This document shows, piece after piece, positions 49,477 through 59,320 of a stretch of 64,000 bases of DNA. The DNA is taken from positions 11,119-75,118 of the IMG/VR virus record IMGVR_UViG_3300046694_000299; one strand, 5' to 3'. The DNA is from a virus. The notes under the pieces were generated by a model. The model was given only the letters and a program-made list of their open reading frames with translations. It did no database searches and was not told the DNA's origin. The translations under genes were made by a program, and so were the position numbers. Position 1 is the stretch's first letter; the number at the start of each line of letters is the position of its first letter.

Positions 49477-50040
49477 CTAGCTGGTCTGGTCGACGATGTG
49501 GATGGGGGCGATGGACGCGGACACGTAGTGGCCGGAGAACTTGACGCCGTACAAGGTCTGCTTGTCCTTGGTGTAGGCCAGCTCGACGGCGTCCGTGGAC
49601 AGGGCCTTGCGGACGATGACGCGCCGGTTGAAGGTGCCGCCCGGGGCCCAACCGTCGAACAGCAGCGCCTTGTAGGTGGGCTGCGTCGCCGAGCTCGCGA
49701 AGCTGGGTTCGAAGCTCGCGTAGCCTGCGGCCGAGGCGCTGGTGCCGCCGTTCAGGGCGAGCGACAGGTTCGCCAGGGTCGGCTCCGCCATGCTCGTCTC
49801 GACGGTGAAGTCCCGCTTGGTCAGGCGGGATCCGACGCGGTCGACGACCTGGTCGACCTCCAGCTCCGTGTAGGACTGGTCGATGGTGAGCTTGACGCCG
49901 TCCTGGGTGCCGCCGACGTCCGTCCAACTGGAGGCCGCGGGGGTGGTGTTGACGGTGGCGTCAGTGGGCTCGAGGGCGCCGAATGCGCCCGAGTACAGGG
50001 TTGCCGGGCCCTGGACGAGGTTGGTTGCGGTGACCGCCAC
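49477..50040 (-). CDS. major tail protein
   Basis: 187 aa. Position is upstream of the chaperones, and the sequence looks beta-rich. Confidence 0.8.
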   Translation of the reverse strand: MAVTATNLVQGPATLYSGAFGALEPTDATVNTTPAASSWTDVGGTQDGVKLTIDQSYTELEVDQVVDRVGSRLTKRDFTVETSMAEPTLANLSLALNGGTSASAAGYASFEPSFASSATQPTYKALLFDGWAPGGTFNRRVIVRKALSTDAVELAYTKDKQTLYGVKFSGHYVSASIAPIHIVDQTS

Positions 50041-50043
50041 GGG

Positions 50044-50220
50044 TCAGCCCTCCTTGCTGGTGGCCGGCTGGGCGGCCTTCTTGGTGGCCGGGGCGGGTGC
50101 CGCGGCCTGCTCGGTGTGGTCGACGAGGACGAGGCCCTGACGCATCAGGTCGGTGTACTCGGCGTCGTCGACCTCGATGGGCTTGTCGGGCTGCATGGTC
50201 GTAGCGATGGTGTGGGTCAC
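50044..50220 (-). CDS. small hypothetical protein (58 aa), Ala/Pro/Lys-rich tail
   Basis: GTG 50220 lies behind AAGGAG, with a GTGA overlap. Confidence 0.5.
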   Translation of the reverse strand: MTHTIATTMQPDKPIEVDDAEYTDLMRQGLVLVDHTEQAAAPAPATKKAAQPATSKEG

Positions 50221-50441
50221 CGGAACTGCTCCTTGGTCAATGGCCACGTCACGGAGACGAAATTTGGGTGGAAGCGGATCTCGATGGTCTGCTCGGGCGG
50301 AATGTCCCGGGGGCAGTCGATGACGCGGACATCTCCGGTGACCAGGAACTCCATCTCGGCCCGGTCGCCGTGGACGAGCACCTTGCCGTTCCACGTCAGG
50401 AGGTCCCGGCTGAGGGCGCCTTGAAGGGCGTAGCGGCTCAT
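50217..50441 (-). CDS. hypothetical protein (74 aa)
   Basis: ATG 50441 has an ATGA overlap. Confidence 0.6.
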   Translation of the reverse strand: MSRYALQGALSRDLLTWNGKVLVHGDRAEMEFLVTGDVRVIDCPRDIPPEQTIEIRFHPNFVSVTWPLTKEQFR

Positions 50442-50887
50442 GACAGCACCTCCACCCAGGCGATGACCAGGCCGGGGATGCTGTAGCGGGCATACGAGGA
50501 CGGGTCGTCGGGGATGCGGCGCGGGTCTCCGGTGCAGTACGCAGACCGCACCTGCACCGCGGGGTATCCGGCGGGCAGGGTGACGGTCTGCGGGATGCCG
50601 CGGTGGTCCCAGCAGGCAGCCTGAATGGCCTGCGCCAAAGTCGACGCCTTGTTCCACGGCGGCTTCTGCGAGCTGGGGTTGACGGCCCAGCAGTCGACGG
50701 ACATGACGGGCTCGCGCAGCGGGACGTACAGGTTCGGGCTGCCGCCGACGGTGTCGATCGTGCAGAACCCAGACGCCGCCCACGTCGCATTGTCTTTGGG
50801 GAGGGTCATGGCGACGCGGTCGCCGACGACGGTCTTCAGCCAGGCGATCGTGACGAGTTCGGCGTTGGCGCGCAGCAGGAGGCTCAT
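50438..50887 (-). CDS. tail terminator / head-tail joining protein
   Basis: 149-aa track ORF. Call is based on position. Confidence 0.65.
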   Translation of the reverse strand: MSLLLRANAELVTIAWLKTVVGDRVAMTLPKDNATWAASGFCTIDTVGGSPNLYVPLREPVMSVDCWAVNPSSQKPPWNKASTLAQAIQAACWDHRGIPQTVTLPAGYPAVQVRSAYCTGDPRRIPDDPSSYARYSIPGLVIAWVEVLS

Positions 50888-51255
50888 GCGGTCCTCCGCT
50901 GGAAAAGTGCCGGACGGAGGTACGGGAATGGCGGGGTGCCGGGGTGGTTGACCTTGGCGACGGGGTGGTCGGCGCCGGGCCAGTACAAGGCCTTCTTGTT
51001 CGTCGGCCTGATGACGTGGGCGCTGGTGCCCATCTCGACGTCCGTGGCGTAGTTGCAGTCCAGGGAGCCGACTCGAAGCACCTTGTCGTGGACCTCGGCG
51101 CGCAGCGAGTCACGGAGCCGTCCGGTGCGCTTGTGCACGTAGTTCTGGGCGTCGCCGAGGATGGCGCGGCCAATGCCCTCGTCGAGCCACCGGTTGATGG
51201 CGGCGTCGACGTGCGTGCGTGCGGACGGGTCGATCCGCATGCTGGATCGTGCCAT
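50884..51255 (-). CDS. HK97 gp10-like head-tail connector
   Basis: 'YVHKRTGRLRDSL...VGS...YATDVEMGT' pattern. Confidence 0.7.
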   Translation of the reverse strand: MARSSMRIDPSARTHVDAAINRWLDEGIGRAILGDAQNYVHKRTGRLRDSLRAEVHDKVLRVGSLDCNYATDVEMGTSAHVIRPTNKKALYWPGADHPVAKVNHPGTPPFPYLRPALFQRRTA

Positions 51256-51327
51256 GGCCGCCCTCCTCTCCGGTGGGTGGTCTCGTGCCGGCCTGCCCGG
51301 TCTCCCCGGGCGTGTGGCCGTGTTCGG

Positions 51328-51660
51328 TTAGGTGGTGCGCCGCAGGTCGAGCCGTAGGTCTGCGGTGAGTGCTGGGTTGGCCATCGAGGAGACGGCGTCG
51401 ACGATGTACACGGCGCCGGTGCGCTCGTCACGGATGCGGTCCTGGTCGGTGACGTCCGTGCCAGCGGCCACGCGGGCGACGGCGTAGCGGACGATGCGCG
51501 GGGTCGGGTCGTCGCGGGTCGTGACCCGGCGGGACTGCTCGGTCAGGCTCGCCGGAATCCCTGTGTAGATGGGGGTGTCGGTGTCCTGCTCGTCACCCCA
51601 CGCGTCGGTGGTGGTGCCGCGCAGGATGGCGATGCTGGTGGTGGCGATCGCGACGGGCAT
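51328..51660 (-). CDS. head closure / head-tail adaptor (110 aa)
   Basis: Trimmed to ATG 51660. Call is based on position. Confidence 0.6.
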   Translation of the reverse strand: MPVAIATTSIAILRGTTTDAWGDEQDTDTPIYTGIPASLTEQSRRVTTRDDPTPRIVRYAVARVAAGTDVTDQDRIRDERTGAVYIVDAVSSMANPALTADLRLDLRRTT

Positions 51661-52106
51661 CACGCACCACCCCGGTACGGCGCCCAGTACAGGTGATCGT
51701 CGGAGCCGTCCGTGAGAGCATCCCCGACGATCGGGCCAGCACCCTCGACCGCGGACCGGATGTGCACAGTCCTGGACCGCATCCACGACACCCGCTTCAG
51801 AGAGCGGGCCGCCATGGGTGCGAGGACCAGACCGTCGCCCTGCAATGTGGTCGAGACCTGGTCTTGCTGGATCTGCGTGGCATCCAGCCGCGTCTCCAGC
51901 CCGAACTGGCCCGCGATCCACGCTGCTTGATGGGCGACGGCCTGGCCCAGCCAGTAGAGGTCCCGTGTCCGCATGCGCGCCTCGTCGCCGAAGATGCGAT
52001 TGCTGAAGACCTCCACAGCTTTCTGCGCCTGGACAAGCTGCTGGTCCGTCACCGTGACTCCCGTGGAGTCGGTGACGTCCTGCGCGGTCGCCCAGGCGTT
52101 GACCAT
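51660..52106 (-). CDS. gp6-like head-tail connector (148 aa)
   Basis: Trimmed to ATG 52106. Starts 'WATAQDVTDSTGVTVTDQQLVQAQ'. Confidence 0.65.
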   Translation of the reverse strand: MVNAWATAQDVTDSTGVTVTDQQLVQAQKAVEVFSNRIFGDEARMRTRDLYWLGQAVAHQAAWIAGQFGLETRLDATQIQQDQVSTTLQGDGLVLAPMAARSLKRVSWMRSRTVHIRSAVEGAGPIVGDALTDGSDDHLYWAPYRGGA

Positions 52107-52107
52107 G

Positions 52108-52497
52108 TCAGGCCTCGCCCTCGATAACGTTGCGGGGCGTGATGGTGTCCTCGGGGTGGTGGTCGACCGACGCCGGCACGGTGTCCACCGAGTAGGTGAG
52201 GACGAGGGAGACACCGTCGGGGTGACCCTCCTGGCCGTCGAAGGCGACATCGCCGCGCGGGTGGAGGCCGCGCTGGATCGCCTCGCCGACGAGGGCTGAC
52301 CGGTTCGCCTCGTGCTGGTAGTCCTCACCGGTCCAGCGGGCGGCCAGCACAACGAAATCCCTGACGTACCGGGTGCCGTCGGCGTCGCGAGCGGACCGCT
52401 TGGCGACCTCAACCTCGGGCTCGCCCGCCTTCGCGGGGAACTGCTTGGCGCGGGCCTTCGCCTCACTGGCGGCGGTCTTCTTCGCTGCTGCTGCCAT
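52108..52497 (-). CDS. hypothetical head-module protein
   Basis: 129-aa track ORF directly after the capsid gene. Confidence 0.65.
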   Translation of the reverse strand: MAAAAKKTAASEAKARAKQFPAKAGEPEVEVAKRSARDADGTRYVRDFVVLAARWTGEDYQHEANRSALVGEAIQRGLHPRGDVAFDGQEGHPDGVSLVLTYSVDTVPASVDHHPEDTITPRNVIEGEA

Positions 52498-52517
52498 GGC
52501 TCACCTCCTACCGGTGG

Positions 52518-52549
52518 CCCGTACCGCCCAGCCATGGAAGCGGTACGGG
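52518..52549 (-). terminator. hairpin after the capsid gene (10-bp perfect stem, 12-nt loop)
   Basis: cccgtaccgc / gcggtacggg. Confidence 0.5.
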
Positions 52550-52564
52550 GTCACTGGGGGATGG

Positions 52565-53479
52565 TCAGCCGACGAGGATGGACGCGCCGTTGGGGTGGCC
52601 GTATGCCCAGCCGCGGCGGGCGCGCATCTTCAGGATCGACTCGTCGGTCAGCGCGCTGAGGCCGTCGCGTCCGTCGATGAACACCGACTCGGGGCCGGAG
52701 CGGACGCCGAGGAGCATCAGCTCCGGGTTGACGAACGCCATGAGGGCGCGGCCAGCCGGGGTCGGCGTGGCGGTCGCGTTGAGCTTCGCGCCGAGGCTCC
52801 AGCGGATCGGGATGCTGAAGACGGTGTCGGGGGTGGACTGGCCACCCTCGGAGAAGATGGGGCGCTGCTGGCCGTCGACGACACCGCGCAGGCTCTTGCG
52901 GAACGCGGGGTGGGCGATGGCGACCATGCTGCCGGGGTCGAAATAGTCGCCGGACTCGACGTTGCCGATCGCTGTGGAGAACTCCGAGTAGCTGGGGGCG
53001 CCCGAGGAGGCGGCGGTGGTGATGTTCGCGCCGCCGGTGTAGCTGAGGGTGGCGTCGGTCGTGTTCAGCAGCTGGTACAGCGACGTGAACGGGACCGTGG
53101 TGCCGTTCGCCGCGGCCGACACCGCGAGGGACGCATTGTCGATCATCTTGGCGTAGGACTTGCCCCAGCCGATCATCTTCGCCTCGATGACGTTCGCCAC
53201 CGCGTCGTCGATGTCCTCTTCCGCGATACGCGCGGCCTTGCCGAACTTGATCGCAGTCAGGAGGACTTCGTCGTTGAGGGAGAGGTCCTCGCCGTAGGCG
53301 CCGCCCTTGGCGACCACGTCCACACCCATGCCCGCGGTGCGGGGGACGTGCTTGGTGTCGGAGCCCATGGTGATGCGGGCGGCGAGCGCCTCAACGGCGG
53401 AGATCTGGGTGATGGACTGGATGACCCGGCTGGTCTCCCACTCTTCTGGGATCCATGCCTCGAGCGTATTGCGCGTCAC
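52565..53479 (-). CDS. major capsid protein (HK97-fold type)
   Basis: 304 aa, following the scaffold gene. Confidence 0.9.
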   Translation of the reverse strand: MTRNTLEAWIPEEWETSRVIQSITQISAVEALAARITMGSDTKHVPRTAGMGVDVVAKGGAYGEDLSLNDEVLLTAIKFGKAARIAEEDIDDAVANVIEAKMIGWGKSYAKMIDNASLAVSAAANGTTVPFTSLYQLLNTTDATLSYTGGANITTAASSGAPSYSEFSTAIGNVESGDYFDPGSMVAIAHPAFRKSLRGVVDGQQRPIFSEGGQSTPDTVFSIPIRWSLGAKLNATATPTPAGRALMAFVNPELMLLGVRSGPESVFIDGRDGLSALTDESILKMRARRGWAYGHPNGASILVG

Positions 53480-53614
53480 TGTGGCCCTCCTGCGGGCGGC
53501 GTGATGGGGAAGCTGTTGGGCTCGGGCCCCATCACGGGCGCCTTCGCAAAGCAGGGCGGCGGTCTGTCCCGATCACCGGAACAATTCACCTGGTGCTGAA
53601 TATACCTCTTGGGG

Positions 53615-54310
53615 TCAAGCCCTGCCCAGAAGCCGGGCGGCGTGCTGCTCGGCCGTGGACTTCGGCTTCTCCGGGGCGGCTGGCCGGGGTGCGCCAGTGG
53701 GCCTGACCTTCGGCTTTCTGGCGGGAGCGGAGAACAGCTCCGGGTAGTCGCGGCGGAGATCGTCTATCGCGCCGTCCAGGCCGGACGCGGATCCGTCGTC
53801 GCCGACGTCGAGGCCGTCCATGTCGACGAGCTTCAGCAGCCGGGACAGGCGCGACTCGCCCTTGTCGCGGGCGGCCTGTGAGTCTGGCTCCTTCTCGTCC
53901 TGCAGGAACGCGAGCGCCCCCGCCTCGACGAGCGCGGACCGGGCCGCGGTGCGCACCAACGGCGCCCGGTAGCGCTTCTCGCCCTCTTCGCGTGCCTCGC
54001 GCAGCGCCTTCTCGTGCTCGGTCTCGTCGCCCCGGGCCTTGTCCTCGAGCTCCTTGTTGCGGAGCCGGTGCCGCTTGGCGTCCTCGTTGGCCTTCTTCAA
54101 CGCCGCCTGCGTGCGGGCCCATTCGGTCTTGGAGGGCGGCTCGTAGTCGTCGTCGCCGGGCTTCGGGTCGTCCTTCTTCGCCGGGGGCTTCGGCTTCGGA
54201 GCCTCGTCCGGCTCGGCGTCGAGTTCAGCGTCGAGCTCCGTGTCCGGCTCTTCGTCGACTTCGACGTCGATGTCGGGCTCGTCGGTGGCGGTGTCGGTCT
54301 GGATGCCCAT
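53615..54310 (-). CDS. scaffolding protein
   Basis: Acidic N-terminus with a charged helical body. ATG 54310 has a GGGAGAA SD. The track start at 54328 is also possible. Confidence 0.8.
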   Translation of the reverse strand: MGIQTDTATDEPDIDVEVDEEPDTELDAELDAEPDEAPKPKPPAKKDDPKPGDDDYEPPSKTEWARTQAALKKANEDAKRHRLRNKELEDKARGDETEHEKALREAREEGEKRYRAPLVRTAARSALVEAGALAFLQDEKEPDSQAARDKGESRLSRLLKLVDMDGLDVGDDGSASGLDGAIDDLRRDYPELFSAPARKPKVRPTGAPRPAAPEKPKSTAEQHAARLLGRA

Positions 54311-54367
54311 CTGGTGTTCTCCCATCACGGGGGCGGGTTGGCGACGTCCGTCACGGACGCCCGGGGG

Positions 54368-55384
54368 TTATGCGGCTTGGGTGAAGCGGCCGGTGCGCAC
54401 GGCGGTACGGGCGCGGGCTTCTACGGCGGGCAGCAGGTCGGGTTCGGTGCGCAGGAGTTCGCGCGCAGCGCGCAGCCGTGCGGCCCGGGACTCGGAGGGG
54501 CGGGCGGTGCCGTAGCCGAGGGACCGGTGCGCCTCCCGCTGCAGCGCGAGCGGGAACGGGATACCGTCCGCCGTCCAGCGGTCGTTCCAGGGGACGGTGC
54601 GGCAGCGGCAGTGCGCATGCAGGGGCGGCCCGTCGATGCCCTCGGCACCGATGTGACGCTGCCGGGGATCCCACGACAGGCCGCCCGGGAAAGGCTCGTC
54701 CACAGGCACGGCGCGGCCCGTGTAGGCCAAGCATCGAACGCAGGCGTCTGCCTCCGACACCCACAGCCTGACCTTCGCCGACGCCCGGATCACAGCGTCC
54801 AGGCCCTCGTTCACGGCGGTGTTGACGACCCAGGCGACGTGCGCACGGATCGCTGAGAAGGTGGAGTGGCCGGCGCCGATCCCGGTCAGCAGGTGCGACC
54901 AGCGCGATACCCGGTCCAGTTGCAGCAGCTGCAGGGCGCGGTCGCGGCGCTGGGTGATGAGGTCGCCGATGCGGCGGGCTTCGTTGCGGACCGTCCGGCT
55001 CAGCCGCGGTCGGGCTGGTGCGCGGCGGCGGCGCCCTGTAGCGGCCCGCAGGAACTCGCCGCCCTGCTGTATCCCCAGGGTCAGCGCCTCGCCGAGGCTG
55101 TCGCCGAGTGCCGTGTCGGCCCGCGGGATGACGCCGTCGAGGATGCGTCGCACGGCAGCCCGCACGGCGGCAAGGATGCGGCGCAGCACGCCCCCGGGCA
55201 CGGCGGGCTCATCGGGGCCGCCGAAGGCGCGGGTCCAGGCGGCCAGCGTGCGCCGGATCAGCTGGGCGAACAGGGACTCGCCGTCGCCGAGCGCCTCCCC
55301 CACGATGCGGTTCTCGAGGTCGATGACCTGGCCGGTGTGCTCGTCCTGCACGAGGCGGGCCAGATGCTCGCTGCGGTACGGCAT
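54368..55384 (-). CDS. head morphogenesis protein (SPP1 gp7 / MuF-like)
   Basis: Trimmed to ATG 55384. 'DACVRCLAYTGRAV...GPPLHAHCRCRTVP' fits the pattern. Confidence 0.85.
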   Translation of the reverse strand: MPYRSEHLARLVQDEHTGQVIDLENRIVGEALGDGESLFAQLIRRTLAAWTRAFGGPDEPAVPGGVLRRILAAVRAAVRRILDGVIPRADTALGDSLGEALTLGIQQGGEFLRAATGRRRRAPARPRLSRTVRNEARRIGDLITQRRDRALQLLQLDRVSRWSHLLTGIGAGHSTFSAIRAHVAWVVNTAVNEGLDAVIRASAKVRLWVSEADACVRCLAYTGRAVPVDEPFPGGLSWDPRQRHIGAEGIDGPPLHAHCRCRTVPWNDRWTADGIPFPLALQREAHRSLGYGTARPSESRAARLRAARELLRTEPDLLPAVEARARTAVRTGRFTQAA

Positions 55385-56910
55385 CAGCCCTCCTCCTGCG
55401 CCTGGGCGAGGAGTTCGAGGTCGTCGATCGTCCCGGACAGCAGCGCGGTCACTTGCTCGCTGCTGATAACTCCGAGCGCTGCGGCAGCACCCAGCTTCTG
55501 CGCGGAGTCCGCCAGGCTGGCGAGGACGTCGACGCGGCGCTGCAGCTCGGAGTCGTCGACCCCGGTCAGCCACTCGTCGACCTGTTCCGCCCGGTATCCG
55601 GCCTCCATGAGCGCCTGCTTGCGCGGCACACCGGCGGCAATCTTCGCCTTGACGGTCTCCCAGCCCTGCGCGTCGGTGACCGACTTCGCCGGCACCCAGT
55701 CCACGGACACGACCGGATCGATGACGCCGAGGCGGCGCAGGGCGAAGGTGAACGCCTCATGCGTAGCGGCTCCGTAGGAGGTCTGCCGGATTTCGACCTT
55801 GCTGATGAACGGGCCGTCTTCCTCCTGGTAGGAGACGCCGGAGCGTTGGCGGCTGGACTGAGGGTCGAACATCCGCAGGGGCGTGTCGGTGATCTGCGCC
55901 ATCGCACGGATGTTGAAGTTGATCGGCTCCAGGAACACGCCAGGCTGTGCCGCATCGAACTGGCCGACCGACTTGAACCCTCTCAGCAGCATCATTTCGC
56001 CGGGCCCGGCTTTCAGGCTGCTGTCGTCGCCGGAGTCTTTCGGGCCGACGCCCTTCTCGGGGAGGGGCCAGTCGTTGTCGTCGAAGTCGCCGGGTTCCAG
56101 ATCTGAAGTGTCGGTGTTGGCGGCTTCGGTGAGGGCGTATCGCTGCGGGAATCCCTGGTAGTCGACGGTGCCCATGTGGGTGGACTGGAGTTTGGTGATG
56201 GCGTTCTGCGGGCCGTAGGCGCCGTAGTGCTCGGGGCATCCGTAGGGGCGGTCGTTGCGGAAGTGGAAGACGGGCTGCTCGCCCCAATCGTGGTCGCTCA
56301 CCCACGATTCGGGGTCTTGGTCGTCGGCGGGCCAGTGCATCCAGTCGGCGGGCTTGTCGCCCTTCGAGTTCTTGCCGGTGGTCCAGCGTTCGATGCGGTC
56401 GTCGTACAGCAGCTCAACCCGGTGGTAGGGGCCGTCGCACCACTTCTTGATCGTGTACGCCTTACGGCGCGGATTGTCCTGGCTGTAGATCACGCGCACG
56501 GTCTGCGGCGAGTTGTAGAACATGTCGACGCGGACGACGTTGCCCTTTTCGTCCTCGACAGGCAGCACCATCAGGTACGCGTCGCCGAACTCGCCGGCCC
56601 GACGGAACAGGTCGGGCATCTCCAGGTTGAGCTGATTGTCCTGCCAGATCTTCGAGATCAACGTGTTCGTGGCCTCGTCGGGACTCGTGATCGAGGCGAT
56701 CTTCAGCCGGTTCGTGACCGCGTTCACCGGCGTCTTGGCGAAGTTGAGGTCGAAGTCGATGCCGTGGATCGCGAGGGCCCGGCGGATCCGGATCGACGTG
56801 AAGACCTCGGGGACCTTGCCGTCGTAGTAGGTCTGCGCCTGGTCGTATGCGGGGCGGGCCTCGTTGAGTTCCTCAATGCCGTACATGAGGTCGGCACGCT
56901 CGTCGTCCAC
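55384..56910 (-). CDS. portal protein
   Basis: 508 aa, between the terminase and MuF-like genes. GGGAGGG SD. Confidence 0.92.
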   Translation of the reverse strand: MDDERADLMYGIEELNEARPAYDQAQTYYDGKVPEVFTSIRIRRALAIHGIDFDLNFAKTPVNAVTNRLKIASITSPDEATNTLISKIWQDNQLNLEMPDLFRRAGEFGDAYLMVLPVEDEKGNVVRVDMFYNSPQTVRVIYSQDNPRRKAYTIKKWCDGPYHRVELLYDDRIERWTTGKNSKGDKPADWMHWPADDQDPESWVSDHDWGEQPVFHFRNDRPYGCPEHYGAYGPQNAITKLQSTHMGTVDYQGFPQRYALTEAANTDTSDLEPGDFDDNDWPLPEKGVGPKDSGDDSSLKAGPGEMMLLRGFKSVGQFDAAQPGVFLEPINFNIRAMAQITDTPLRMFDPQSSRQRSGVSYQEEDGPFISKVEIRQTSYGAATHEAFTFALRRLGVIDPVVSVDWVPAKSVTDAQGWETVKAKIAAGVPRKQALMEAGYRAEQVDEWLTGVDDSELQRRVDVLASLADSAQKLGAAAALGVISSEQVTALLSGTIDDLELLAQAQEEG

Positions 56911-56947
56911 GCAACCCTCCCGACCATCGACCGATGATTCGAAGGAT

Positions 56948-57008
56948 AGCTGAGCTTAGTAGCAATACATACTTTCCTGATAGCTCAGCTTTACCTGCGA
57001 ATCGCAGG
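56948..57008. promoter_or_regulatory. inverted repeats in an AT-rich gap between terL and portal
   Basis: agctgagct (56948-56956) / agctcagct (56982-56990). Palindrome cctgcgaatcgcagg (56994-57008). Confidence 0.45.
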
Positions 57009-57010
57009 CT

Positions 57011-58561
57011 CTAGAGGTAGCTGGCCCGACCAGCCGAAGCTGGCGCCTTCTTCGGCGCCGACGGGATGAACCGGCGGACCGCCGACCCGACACAGTCCAC
57101 GAGGTCGTCATGCGGGGCCTTCGGGAACGCGCACATCTGCTCCTCCAGCTCCCGTAGCCTGCGCGCGTGGATGACCCGACCGCGCTGATAGTGGTTCAAT
57201 ACACCCTCGGCCCGCGTGAACTTGGGCTCGACCTGGTTGACCGTCTTCACCTTCACCGGCATGCCGTGAAAGATCGCCTGCCACGTGTCCTGGCCCTGGT
57301 TCACCTCGATCAGGATCAGCCCGATCTGCGGGAACTCGTCGAGGAGGGCGAGCACCTTGTCGCGCAGCAGGGGGCCGGGCTGGATCTTTACGGCGGTCGC
57401 GGCGTGCACGGTGCAGCGCTGATGCCGGGCCGACCACGACACCACCCCCAGGCCCGTGAAGTCGCTGGACCGCTTCGCCGTGACGGCAGGGTCGATCGAC
57501 AGCATCATGTGGGTGACCGGGTCTACGCCCTCGTCGCCCGGGTAGCGGAAGTCGTCCGGCGTCCACAGATCGCCGTCGGCGCCCATCGGGTCGTTCGCGT
57601 AGTTCTTCGCGAATGACCGGGTGTGCTCGATCTCTTTCAGGTAGCCCAGCGGCCACTTCGCCGGCCAGACGCTCCGCTCGCTGCCGTCGTCCCGCTTGAC
57701 GATCGGCGGCGTGTAGTGGGCGCGAAACCCTTCCTCCCGCACCCATTCGGCGGTCTCGACGCCGCGACCGTGCTTCACCAGCTGGTGGACAATGCTGCCC
57801 GGCATGGTGACGGTGCCGGAGATGACGACCCGCGCGTACACGTTGAGCGGCAGGATCGAGTCGATCAGAGTGGTGCGCCGCTTCTTCGCCTGGTCGGGGC
57901 TGTAGCTGCTCTCGTCGGGTTCGATGTCGTCGCAGAGGATGAGGTCGGGGCGCACCTCGTCGACCTTCATACCGAGGTTCGACGAGTCGATGCCGCGGGC
58001 CGCGAACACGAACCCCGACTTGGAGATGAACATCGACTGCGTGTCGGCGACGTTCGCCCCGGACGGCCGCTTGGCCGGTGCGCACAGGTCGGGGAAGTCG
58101 CCGCGCAGCCGCTCGTTACGGTCCAACTCCCCTTTGAACGTGGAGAGGTGCGTCTCGGCCTGGGTTGCCGACGAGGCGAAGGCAGCGGCGAACCGAACGT
58201 GGCCGTGCGCGGCAGCCCACATCGGCAGGATCAGGAACCACCACGTGGACTTTCCCATGTTGCGGGGAGCGATATAGGCGTCCCGGTTCGTAGCGGGGGT
58301 GCGGGGCGGCCGGATCCAGGCGCGGGCTGCGCGGCACCAGTCGAGGTGCGCATCCCCGAACGTGATCTTCCCTTCGCTGTCACGGAGATGGTGCCGCAGG
58401 TACACCAGTCCGAACAGCAGTGGATCCAGACGCGTCAGAACCCGCCGACCGCCAGAGTCGGCGAGGAGCTTGGGGTCGAAGCCAGCGAGGTAGTCGGTGA
58501 GGTCGAACGTCTCGGCGTCCAGGCCTTCGAGGTAGCCGGGCGCGCGGACCGCGGTCGCCAC
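57011..58561 (-). CDS. terL: terminase large subunit
   Basis: Walker A 'APRNMGKST' and Walker B 'DLILCDDIEPDE', with a C-terminal nuclease-like half. Confidence 0.95.
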   Translation of the reverse strand: MATAVRAPGYLEGLDAETFDLTDYLAGFDPKLLADSGGRRVLTRLDPLLFGLVYLRHHLRDSEGKITFGDAHLDWCRAARAWIRPPRTPATNRDAYIAPRNMGKSTWWFLILPMWAAAHGHVRFAAAFASSATQAETHLSTFKGELDRNERLRGDFPDLCAPAKRPSGANVADTQSMFISKSGFVFAARGIDSSNLGMKVDEVRPDLILCDDIEPDESSYSPDQAKKRRTTLIDSILPLNVYARVVISGTVTMPGSIVHQLVKHGRGVETAEWVREEGFRAHYTPPIVKRDDGSERSVWPAKWPLGYLKEIEHTRSFAKNYANDPMGADGDLWTPDDFRYPGDEGVDPVTHMMLSIDPAVTAKRSSDFTGLGVVSWSARHQRCTVHAATAVKIQPGPLLRDKVLALLDEFPQIGLILIEVNQGQDTWQAIFHGMPVKVKTVNQVEPKFTRAEGVLNHYQRGRVIHARRLRELEEQMCAFPKAPHDDLVDCVGSAVRRFIPSAPKKAPASAGRASYL

Positions 58562-58562
58562 G

Positions 58563-59171
58563 TCAGCCCGTGCCGGTGTCGCCGCCGTCGATGATGCGCT
58601 GCTCTTCCAGCTGCACCTTCGCCTTGGCGTCGCGGAGCATTTCCTGCAGCTCGATGTCCTGCTGGGTGACTTCGGTGACCTGTGCGTCGACCTTGGTGGG
58701 GGCGTCGAGGCCGAGGAGTTTGCGCTGGGATTCGTTGTTCTTGCGCCGCGCGTCTTCGATCTTGATGAGGCGGTCGATAGCGGCGAGGACGGGCCCGTCG
58801 TCTTGGAGGGGTTCGCCGTCGATGGCGATGACGCGGCCGTTGTTGACGGTGATGTGATGCCGGTCGAGTACCCGCCGGGCGCGCTTCTCCAGCTCGTCGA
58901 GGCGCAGGAGTTCGGCTTCGAGGCGTTCGAGGTGGAGGGTCCGGTAGGCGTCGATCTTCGGGTCGACGCGGCGGGCGAGCTCCTCGCGCAGCAAGTCGCG
59001 GGCCGTCGTCCACGGGATGCGCTCGCCGCTGGTGGGCCCGTCGGGTGCGGCGGTGATTGCTTCGATGGCGCGGAAGCTGTGGCCGTCGAGCTTGAGCTGG
59101 AAGACGATCGCGGCCTTCTCGGCTCGCTCGGCCGGGTTCCTGCGGTTGTACGGGGCGGGTCCGGCGGCCAT
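58563..59171 (-). CDS. terS: terminase small subunit
   Basis: 202 aa directly upstream of terL. N-terminal HTH-like region and a coiled-coil middle. Confidence 0.8.
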   Translation of the reverse strand: MAAGPAPYNRRNPAERAEKAAIVFQLKLDGHSFRAIEAITAAPDGPTSGERIPWTTARDLLREELARRVDPKIDAYRTLHLERLEAELLRLDELEKRARRVLDRHHITVNNGRVIAIDGEPLQDDGPVLAAIDRLIKIEDARRKNNESQRKLLGLDAPTKVDAQVTEVTQQDIELQEMLRDAKAKVQLEEQRIIDGGDTGTG

Positions 59172-59320
59172 ATCTCAAGCTCCTCGTAACCGTTGAATCT
59201 TCAGCCTTACATCACCTTCACCTTTGAATCATAGGAGATGGGTATCGATTAGTCGCTAAGTCCACTACCGCAGCAGGAGACGCAGGCGCACCATTGAAGG
59301 CGCCGACGGAAGGGGTAGAG
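59172..59320. promoter_or_regulatory. low-GC divergent region (candidate late promoter and/or cos/pac)
   Basis: 44% GC over 59181-59260 (hand count). ttgaatc x2 (59193, 59224). Tandem cacctt x2. Confidence 0.35.
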
